Assembly: GCA_028823105.1 (NCBI GenBank)
Contig: JAPKCC010000001.1
Span: 10,089-74,088 of the forward strand
DNA: 64,000 nucleotides
Direction of reading: 5' to 3'
Origin: Phycisphaerales bacterium
GTDB taxonomy: Bacteria; Planctomycetota; Phycisphaerae; Phycisphaerales; SM1A02
Below are positions 57,170 through 64,000 of the stretch, piece after piece. Numbering within the stretch: the stretch's first letter is position 1; each line of letters begins with the position of its first letter. The notes below the pieces were generated by a model. That model made no database searches and had not been told where the DNA came from. It worked only from the letters and a program-made list of their open reading frames with translations. The translations under genes and the position numbers were made by a program.

Positions 57170-58002
57170 CCGGCGACCCCATCAGCCGACCAATCGAGGA
57201 TCATGCGTTCGGGGAAAACCCGGGTGATCCGCGAAGTTTCGAGCCCGGCGCGACTGGCGATATCCGCGAGTTCCTGATGCGTGAACGCGGCTCGAACGGA
57301 CGCCGGTGCGTCGGAATGCACGATCGGTGATCGGCTGAAGCAACGGCCCGCGACGTTCGCGAGGAAGAGACCGGTACGGGTCCGTTGAAGATCGGAAATG
57401 ATGATCCCCGTGGTTGCAGCTGCAGCCATGCGGCCGAGAAGTTCGACCACTTGCAAGGATTCCAAGTGGTGGAGAAAGAGACCACAGATCGTGACGTCGT
57501 GCTCCGGAAGCGGATCCGTGGTGACGTCCAGTCGATGGGTCTGAAGTTGTAGGTTGATCGCGTGGGCTCGCCGGGTGGCAGTCTCCAACGCGTGATCGCT
57601 GGCGTCACAAACGGCCCATTGGATCTTTGCATTCGGAAATCGATGTCGGGCTCGCTGCGACAGCCGGATCGGTACGTCTCCACTTCCCGTGGCGACGTCG
57701 AGGATCCGAAGGACACCGCCACTCGGGAGTGATGCCAGTCTTGGGGCCAAGAATCTCCAGAGCATGAGATCGGCTCGAGAGATCCGATTGAGCCTGGCAA
57801 GCCCGCGCAGTGCCCAGTCGTGCTCGGCTTTAGGAAGATTCGGAGCATCCATGCGTTCGGGGACGAGGATTCGTTCGCGGAGGGACACGGGGAGGCATGG
57901 TAGGTGGGCGAAACCCCGCTCGTTCGTTTCAAGTCGTCGATCGTCGGCCCGGATTTGATCTTTCGGTGCCGGTTCTGACGCTGATAACGACGTCGGCGGC
58001 AT
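57166..58002 (-). CDS. class I SAM-dependent methyltransferase
   Basis: LRILDVATGSGDVPIRL (SAM motif I) and ICGLFLHHL. The ATG at 58002 is preferred over the TTG at 58014. Confidence 0.85.
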   Translation of the reverse strand: MPPTSLSASEPAPKDQIRADDRRLETNERGFAHLPCLPVSLRERILVPERMDAPNLPKAEHDWALRGLARLNRISRADLMLWRFLAPRLASLPSGGVLRILDVATGSGDVPIRLSQRARHRFPNAKIQWAVCDASDHALETATRRAHAINLQLQTHRLDVTTDPLPEHDVTICGLFLHHLESLQVVELLGRMAAAATTGIIISDLQRTRTGLFLANVAGRCFSRSPIVHSDAPASVRAAFTHQELADIASRAGLETSRITRVFPERMILDWSADGVAG

Positions 58003-58108
58003 ATTTTCGTGCAATCACCTGTGTTTCGTCGAGTTTTTCGACCAGATCAGTTCGACTTACCGGTATTCTCATGTTGTCCGAAGGGACCTCCAATTTCGCC
58101 TTTTCCCT

Positions 58109-58147
58109 CATCGCCCCCGGTCACCTCCAAAATGATTGGGGGCGATG
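58109..58147. promoter_or_regulatory. 10-bp perfect inverted repeat in the methyltransferase / sulfatase divergent region
   Basis: CATCGCCCCC (58109-58118), 19 nt, then GGGGGCGATG (58138-58147), in a lower-GC intergenic region of about 200 bp. Confidence 0.4.
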
Positions 58148-58224
58148 TCCATCTCAACCTTTTTGCTCGACCTTTTTGAAGACTCGTCCACCAGAGGCGC
58201 GGAGGCCGGCGGTAGGGTTTGAGA

Positions 58225-59757
58225 ATGGCCCACTCGACTCCATCCAGACGTCTTGCAAAACGCCGCTCGTGGAACCAACCTGCGATGGGTAGGTGGCTTC
58301 CGTTGATGGGGATGCTGCTCGGCGTATTTGCGTCGGCGAGTGGTTCGCCTGGAGTGAGCCGCGATGCGCGGTGCGTACCGGCGACCGATCGCCCCAACGT
58401 TGTCTTGATCGTGGCGGACGACTTGGGATGGGCCGACATTGAACCGAATAATCCCGAGACGTTCTATCGCACGCCGAATCTCAACCGGCTCGCGGCGCGC
58501 GGTGTCCGGTTCACGAATGCGTACGCGGCGGCACCGGTGTGCAGCCCGACGCGGGGGAGCATCATGACGGGCCGGCATCCGGCGAGAACCAGGACCACCG
58601 ACTGGTTCGGCGGCGCCCGAACTGGGAGGCTCCTTCCCGCGGAGTACGAGGAGGCGCTTCCATTGGAAGAACGGACGATCGCCGAGACGTTTCTCGAAGG
58701 CGGGTACGCGACCTTCTTCGCGGGGAAGTGGCATCTCGGGCCGGAGGGGTACTGGCCGGAGGATCAGGGTTTTCAGGTGAATCGAGGAGGTTGGACGCGA
58801 GGGGGACCCTACGGAGGAAAGAAGTACTTTTCGCCGTACGGAAATCCTCGGCTCAAAGACGGTGAACCCGGCGAACACCTGCCGGACCGGCTGGCGCGAG
58901 AGACGGTGGAATTCATGGCGGGTCAGGATGGCCGCCCGTTTCTTGCGGTCCTCTCGTTCTATTCAGTGCATACGCCGCTGCTCGCTCCTGACGCACTCGT
59001 CCAGGACTACCGTGGCCGTCAGGAGCAGGTCGTCGTCGAAGGTCCGCGATGGGGGCGGGAACGAACTCGAAAGGTCCGGCTGGTCCAGGATCATGCCGTC
59101 TACGGCGCCATGGTCGAGTCGATGGATGCGGCGGTCGGCAAGGTACTTGATGGCCTCGAGGCGCTCGGCCTTGCGGAGAACACCATCGTCATCTTCTTCA
59201 GCGATAACGGCGGGCTTTCCACCAGCGAGGGACATCCCACCAGCAACCTCCCATTCCGAGCCGGCAAGGGTTGGCTCTACGAGGGAGGTATCCGCGAGCC
59301 ATGTCTGATCGCGCTTCCCGGTGAGGGATCCATCGCGAGCGTGAGTTCGATTCCGATCACCAGCCACGACCTGGCGCCCACGATGATGGAACTCTGCGGG
59401 CTCCCGTCGGAAACGCATCGTCCACTCGACGGCCAGTCGTTGGCACCGATCCTCCGCGGAAACGACGCGGACTGGCCACGGACCGATCTCTACTGGCACT
59501 ACCCGCACTACGGAAATCAGGGAGGGGCACCGAGCGGCGCCATCCGGTCCGGTGATCTCAAGTTGATCGAGTGGTTCGAGGACGATCGAGTCGAGTTGTT
59601 CGATCTCGCCACCGATCCGGGCGAAACACACGATCTCGCCGACCAGCGCCCGGACACCGTCCGTCGAATGCGGGCCGCGTTGGCTGGATGGCGACTCGGG
59701 GTCGGCGCGGAAATGCCGCGTCCGAATCCGGATTTCAAGCCAAAGGCTTCCCCTTGA
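58225..59757 (+). CDS. arylsulfatase-family sulfatase (formylglycine type)
   Basis: Signal peptide (MGRWLPLMGMLLGVFASASG), then VVLIVADDLGWAD, APVCSPTRGSIMTGRHP and GKWHLG. The start is uncertain (58219, 58225 or 58285). Confidence 0.92.
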   Translation: MAHSTPSRRLAKRRSWNQPAMGRWLPLMGMLLGVFASASGSPGVSRDARCVPATDRPNVVLIVADDLGWADIEPNNPETFYRTPNLNRLAARGVRFTNAYAAAPVCSPTRGSIMTGRHPARTRTTDWFGGARTGRLLPAEYEEALPLEERTIAETFLEGGYATFFAGKWHLGPEGYWPEDQGFQVNRGGWTRGGPYGGKKYFSPYGNPRLKDGEPGEHLPDRLARETVEFMAGQDGRPFLAVLSFYSVHTPLLAPDALVQDYRGRQEQVVVEGPRWGRERTRKVRLVQDHAVYGAMVESMDAAVGKVLDGLEALGLAENTIVIFFSDNGGLSTSEGHPTSNLPFRAGKGWLYEGGIREPCLIALPGEGSIASVSSIPITSHDLAPTMMELCGLPSETHRPLDGQSLAPILRGNDADWPRTDLYWHYPHYGNQGGAPSGAIRSGDLKLIEWFEDDRVELFDLATDPGETHDLADQRPDTVRRMRAALAGWRLGVGAEMPRPNPDFKPKASP

Positions 59758-59821
59758 TCCATCCAACGGGTGATTCGTGAAACCTCGACGACAACTACCT
59801 CGCGATCGATAGGATGAATTC

Positions 59822-60712
59822 ATGAACCAATCAAGACAGCACGCCGTCGCCCGGTTTCTTCTCCCGCTGGTCCTCTGTTCCGGCACCTCGGTCGCCGTGG
59901 CTCAGGATCAGGCATCACCCTCGCCGACCGCCGTCCAGGGGAAGCGGCCGACCGAAGGCGCTGACACGCCCGTCTGGAAACCGATCTTCAATGGTCGTGA
60001 CCTTGAGGGCTGGGTGTACAAAGAGACCGGCTCCGAACTCGGCGCCGATCCTTCGTCGACGGTGAAGGTTGAAGACGGCGTGATCAGGATGGACTACGGA
60101 AAATGGGAGTCGTTCAAAGGCCGTTTCGGCCACCTCTTCCATCGGGTGCCGCACGATCGGTTTCGAGTTCGCGTCGTCTATCGGTTCATCGGGGATCAGG
60201 TGAGCGGAGGCCCCGGCTGGGCGTTCCGCAACAGTGGCATCATGCTCCACTGCCAAGATCCCGCGTCGATGCGGACCGATCAGGAATTTCCCGTCTCGGT
60301 CGAGGTGCAACTGCTGGGAGGGGCGGGGGCGGGTGAACGTCCCACCGGGAATCTCTGCACACCAGGAACCAACGTCGAAATGAAGAACGAAGTCGTGACC
60401 CGACACTGCACCAACTCGAAGAGCGAGACGTTTCACGGTGACCAGTGGGTGACCGCCGAAGTCGAGGTCCTCGGGAACGAATCGATCACTCACTTCATCA
60501 ACGGTGTTGAGGTCATGAAGTATCAGCGTCCGCAACTCGATCCGCGAGACCCAGACGCCCAGTCATTGATGCAGCAACGCAACGGTGAGGTGATGCTCGA
60601 TCGCGGGTGGATTTCGCTTCAAGGCGAGAGCCATCCGGTGGAGTTCAAGTCCGTTGAGCTGATGGTGCTTCCAGCAGTGAAGACCGCGGAAACAGCGAAG
60701 CCCAAGGACTAG
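59822..60712 (+). CDS. DUF1080 (3-keto-disaccharide hydrolase-like) domain protein, secreted
   Basis: WKPIFNGRDLEGW, FRVRVVYRF, NSGIMLHCQ and GWISLQGESHPVEFKSVELMVL form the typical DUF1080 pattern. Confidence 0.85.
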   Translation: MNQSRQHAVARFLLPLVLCSGTSVAVAQDQASPSPTAVQGKRPTEGADTPVWKPIFNGRDLEGWVYKETGSELGADPSSTVKVEDGVIRMDYGKWESFKGRFGHLFHRVPHDRFRVRVVYRFIGDQVSGGPGWAFRNSGIMLHCQDPASMRTDQEFPVSVEVQLLGGAGAGERPTGNLCTPGTNVEMKNEVVTRHCTNSKSETFHGDQWVTAEVEVLGNESITHFINGVEVMKYQRPQLDPRDPDAQSLMQQRNGEVMLDRGWISLQGESHPVEFKSVELMVLPAVKTAETAKPKD

Positions 60713-60720
60713 GCAGGAGT

Positions 60721-61560
60721 TCAGCTCGATTGCCGACCTGATTCGTCGCGACCCCAGCCGGTCTCGCCGGCGGCGATGTGACGACGGGCGATGATCCGTT
60801 CCATGATGCGGACGTAGCCATAGACCGCCATGGCCGGCCATTCCCAAGGGCGGATCAGGAGTCGCTTGAAAATCCCGCCGCCCTGCCTGACGTGATTCAC
60901 CGTCAGTTCCGGGAATCTCTGTGCCAGTTCGTAGCTGCCACGTCGGACCCTGGTCCGAACCGTGATCATCGATCGGACGTCGCGTGGAGGTTGGACGATC
61001 GCTTCGGCGCCGGAGACCGTCGTGCGTTGCTCCGGCTTGAATTGCCCCTGTACGAATCCGTCATCGGCGACGATCTCGGGGAAGGCCGCCCATCTTGCCC
61101 GAGCGTCCTCGGTGAGCACGAAGCAACCACTGCCGTTCGGGGCGCCCTGGCCGAAGTAAGGGTTGAAACGTTGGGCGCGATAGAAGAGCCGCATCCCGAT
61201 GGTCGCCTCCGAGAGATCGAATCGTGGAATGGGTGAGACGATCGGACGGTCGGGGCCGCATGAATTCAGGAGTTTCGAGAGGGCGCCGGGGAGAAGTTCG
61301 ATATCGGCGTCGAGGAAGACTCGCGGGAAGGATGAGAGCGTCGCCTCGCCGAGATTCAGCGCATGGCACTTTCCGGGGGTCTTGGTCTCGAGTACCCGGA
61401 TGGATGGATCAACGGACCGAGCGATGGCCGCGGTCGAGTCCGTGCTCGCATTCACCACGACCACGACTTCAAGATCATCCACCGCGTCGGAGAGGACGCT
61501 GCGGAGCGTCCGCTCGATCGACGATTCCTCATTGTGGGCCGGAATGATGATGCTGGGCAC
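60721..61560 (-). CDS. glycosyltransferase family 2
   Basis: MPSIIIPAHNEESSIERTL, VVVVVNASTDSTAAIA and FLDADIEL. Confidence 0.85.
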   Translation of the reverse strand: MPSIIIPAHNEESSIERTLRSVLSDAVDDLEVVVVVNASTDSTAAIARSVDPSIRVLETKTPGKCHALNLGEATLSSFPRVFLDADIELLPGALSKLLNSCGPDRPIVSPIPRFDLSEATIGMRLFYRAQRFNPYFGQGAPNGSGCFVLTEDARARWAAFPEIVADDGFVQGQFKPEQRTTVSGAEAIVQPPRDVRSMITVRTRVRRGSYELAQRFPELTVNHVRQGGGIFKRLLIRPWEWPAMAVYGYVRIMERIIARRHIAAGETGWGRDESGRQSS

Positions 61561-61672
61561 GGTTCGGATCCTTCAGGGGCTTCGAGTGGATTCATCGACC
61601 GTCCACTCGGCCGGGCTGCACACCCGAGGCGGATTCCGTGCCGATATCTGGACTTGGGATGCCTCGAAGAGA

Positions 61673-61705
61673 CTACCGCCCGGTGTCAGGGACACCGGGC
61701 GGTAG
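61673..61705 (-). terminator. 15-bp perfect hairpin downstream of the EF-hand/b562 gene (terminator candidate with a weak U-tract)
   Basis: CTACCGCCCGGTGTC AGG GACACCGGGCGGTAG, lying 46 nt after the minus-strand stop at 61751. Confidence 0.5.
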
Positions 61706-61750
61706 GGATGGGTTTCATATGCATCGATCTCAGGGCTCATCGCCCGGAGA

Positions 61751-62560
61751 TCACTCCTCGAAGACGTCGTGGCTGTCGGACCGGATGGTCACGATGTTCG
61801 CCACCGCGGCCTTCGCCTTCTCGGCGTCGCCCTGGAGCACGGCCATCTCCACTTGGAGCGCGCCCATGATCGCCTTGATCAGGTCGATCTGGAACGCCAT
61901 CTGGTAGGCCTTGGCGTCGGTTCCGAACTTCTCCTTTGCGGCATCACTCATCGGAATCGCGGCGGTGTGCTGCTTCGCGATCATCATTGATGACTGGATG
62001 GTTCGGATGGCGGCGAGGTCCGTTTCTTTGGAGATGGCGTCGAACTTCGCCCGACGGAGGCCGCGGAGGGCGCGACCTGAAGCCTCCATGGCTTCGTGGA
62101 ACGCTTCCTTGGGATCGACGGGCTTGGCGGCGGCGAGGCCACTGGGTCGGTCGCCACCGGGGCGAGCCATATCTTCGCCGCGGCCACCACCACGGTTCCC
62201 GGATCGGGACTGGATGAACGTGATGATCTCGACGCGAGTGATGAACCCATTTCCGTCGGCATCGGCCTGATCGAACATTCGCTGGGCGTTTCCGCCGCTC
62301 GCTTCAGCCTTGGAGACTTTTCCGTCACCGTCAGCATCCGCTTGCATCATGCGATCGGCGATCATCTCGGGATTGCCTCCACGATTTCCGCGACCCTGTT
62401 GCGGCCGGTTGCCGTTCTGGCCCTGCCCGCGTTGTTGTTGTCCAGCGTTTCCACCTTGTCCGGGCTTTTCCGGCTGGTTTCCATTCTGAGCGAGGGCGGG
62501 TGTCGAGAGAGCGGCAGAGAGCAGTCCGAGGGCGGCGAATCGCCACGTGCGAGTAGTCAT
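61751..62560 (-). CDS. secreted EF-hand calcium-binding / cytochrome b562-like fusion protein
   Basis: Signal peptide (MTTRTWRFAALGLLSAALSTPALA) and a Gln/Gly/Asn-rich linker. Two canonical EF loops (DADGDGKVSKAE, DADGNGFITRVE). The C-terminal helical domain aligns with cytochrome b562 (FHEAMEAS, QGDAEKAKAAVANIVTIRSDSHDVF). Confidence 0.8.
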   Translation of the reverse strand: MTTRTWRFAALGLLSAALSTPALAQNGNQPEKPGQGGNAGQQQRGQGQNGNRPQQGRGNRGGNPEMIADRMMQADADGDGKVSKAEASGGNAQRMFDQADADGNGFITRVEIITFIQSRSGNRGGGRGEDMARPGGDRPSGLAAAKPVDPKEAFHEAMEASGRALRGLRRAKFDAISKETDLAAIRTIQSSMMIAKQHTAAIPMSDAAKEKFGTDAKAYQMAFQIDLIKAIMGALQVEMAVLQGDAEKAKAAVANIVTIRSDSHDVFEE

Positions 62561-62718
62561 TGGAAACTCCAGGGTTGGTATCTGAATCAGTTCAAGGGAG
62601 GGAGGGGGGGATCGGTCGAACGTGCTTTTTTGGATCTTGTTGCGATCGATTGCGGATCCGGGCGAAAACGGGGACATGGACTTCCGGGTAAACCAGAATT
62701 CTAGAGCCAGGGCAGGAA

Positions 62719-64000
62719 TCAGATCACGGCAGCGATCATCGCCTGTGCTTCGTCCAGAATCCGCTCAAGATGGGTCTCATCTCGGAGGCTCTCCGCGTAG
62801 ATCTTGGAGATCGGTTCGGTTCCGGAGGGGCGGGCGGCGAACCAGCCATGATCCGTGCAGACCTTCAGTCCGCCGATCGAGGCATTGTTTCCCGGAGCGT
62901 GGGTGAGGATGGCATTGATCGGATCTCCAGCGAGGGTGACCGCTGAGACGGCGCTCGGATCGAGGTTCTTCAGCGTGGATCTGGTGGCGGCATCCGCGGG
63001 CGCGGAGATTCGTCGGTAGACGGGATCGCCGAACTTCTCCACCATCGTTTGCTCGTGTTCGCCGGGATCGCGACCGCTGCGAGCCATGATCTCCGCGGCC
63101 AGAAGGTCCATCACAATGCCGTCCTTGTCGGTCGTCCAAGGGCTCCCGTCGAAACGCAGGAAGGACGCCCCGGCGCTCTCTTCGCCGCCGAAGCAGAGAG
63201 AACCATCGAAGAGGCCGGGCGCAAACCATTTGAAGCCGACGGGAACTTCGCAGAGCGACCGATTCGCCGCCGCGACCACCCGATCGATCAGGATGCTGGA
63301 GACCAGGGTCTTTCCGACCCGGGACTTCGCAGACCAGTCGCTTCTGGTGGCCAGGAGATGCTCGATGGCGACGGCTAGAAAACGGTTGGGGTTCATCAAT
63401 CCGGACGAACGGCACACGATGCCGTGACGATCGGAGTCGGGATCGTTCCCGAAGGCGAGGTCGTATTCGCCGCCGGCCATTTGGGCGACCAACGGAGCCA
63501 TGGCGAACGGGCTCGAGCAGTCCATGCGAACGAGGCCGTCGGCGTCGAGCGTCATGAATCCGAATCGGGGATCGAGCGTGTCATCGACCACTGTGACATC
63601 GATGCCGTGGACTTCCGCCAGCATCGGCCAGATGGGGAGCGACGCGCCGCCCAGTGGATGCGCCGCGAGTCGCAGACCGGCGGATCGAATCACGTCCAGG
63701 TCGATGACCCCGGAAAGGGCCTCCACGTAGGGTCGGATGAAGTCGACGACTTCGACGCCCGGAAGGGTGGCGGCATCGGCCGACGAAGAAGCGCGAGGCA
63801 CGTGAGTCAGATCGGCGGCGAGGATTTCGTTCGCTCGCCGTTCGATGCCGCCGGTGATGTCTCCGGCGGCTGGTCCGCCGTCCGGCGGGTTGTACTTGAA
63901 GCCGCCGTCGCGCGGCGGGTTGTGACTGGGGGTGATGATGATTCCATCGGCGCGGCCGGGATCCGTCGCACTCCGGCCTTCGTTGAATGCGAGGATCGCT
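62719..64000 (-). CDS. pgm: alpha-D-phosphohexomutase (phosphoglucomutase); N-terminus runs off the window end
   Basis: The frame stays open upstream of the listed Met (63801) through the stretches I translated (63901-63999). It reads GIIITPSHNPPRDGGFKYNPPDGGPA (phosphoserine loop), then GNDPDSDRHG and GGEESAGASF. Confidence 0.92.
   Translation of the reverse strand, partial: AILAFNEGRSATDPGRADGIIITPSHNPPRDGGFKYNPPDGGPAAGDITGGIERRANEILAADLTHVPRASSSADAATLPGVEVVDFIRPYVEALSGVIDLDVIRSAGLRLAAHPLGGASLPIWPMLAEVHGIDVTVVDDTLDPRFGFMTLDADGLVRMDCSSPFAMAPLVAQMAGGEYDLAFGNDPDSDRHGIVCRSSGLMNPNRFLAVAIEHLLATRSDWSAKSRVGKTLVSSILIDRVVAAANRSLCEVPVGFKWFAPGLFDGSLCFGGEESAGASFLRFDGSPWTTDKDGIVMDLLAAEIMARSGRDPGEHEQTMVEKFGDPVYRRISAPADAATRSTLKNLDPSAVSAVTLAGDPINAILTHAPGNNASIGGLKVCTDHGWFAARPSGTEPISKIYAESLRDETHLERILDEAQAMIAAVI

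Overview
GC-rich bacterial chromosomal segment with strong GC3 bias, so long spurious antisense ORFs are common. The gene content (two sulfatases, DUF1080, an ECF sigma, GT9/GmhB LPS-core genes, an Hc1-type histone-like gene, ribosomal proteins with extensions) suggests the PVC superphylum, probably Planctomycetota; this is inference only. The core, about 31.2-47.5 kb, is an S10-spc-alpha ribosomal superoperon on the plus strand (rpsJ to rplQ with secY, map, infA, rpmJ, rpoA), followed by pheS. Upstream are panC (partial), iscS-iscU-iscA, an M3-like peptidase, a lone atpD, a FabZ-like/manA/beta-helix string, purB, an ECF sigma with a putative anti-sigma, a tightly overlapping gmhB-hyp-GT9-plsY string, a phosphofructokinase, lysS, a lone astB, a transglutaminase-like protein, nnrD and a yhaM-like nuclease. 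A minus-strand operon of unknowns follows (540-aa protein, GT2, 46-aa ORF, BshC-like protein). Downstream of pheS are a 3 x 120-bp tandem repeat, a ribose-type sugar ABC transporter interrupted by a sulfatase, a translationally coupled methyltransferase/flavoprotein/type III PKS operon, a second sulfatase, DUF1080, GT2, an EF-hand/cytochrome b562-like fusion and pgm (partial). I saw no tRNA, rRNA, CRISPR array or transposase. Most worth a second look: the srs-like type III PKS operon, the GT2/small-ORF/BshC-like operon, the 120-bp repeat whose variants preserve a hairpin, two short genes absent from the ORF track (Hc1-like, rpmJ), the RGG/Ala-Pro tail on S5, and a near-perfect 28-bp palindrome upstream of the ECF sigma gene. 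Functions are assigned from motif recognition by eye; no searches were run.
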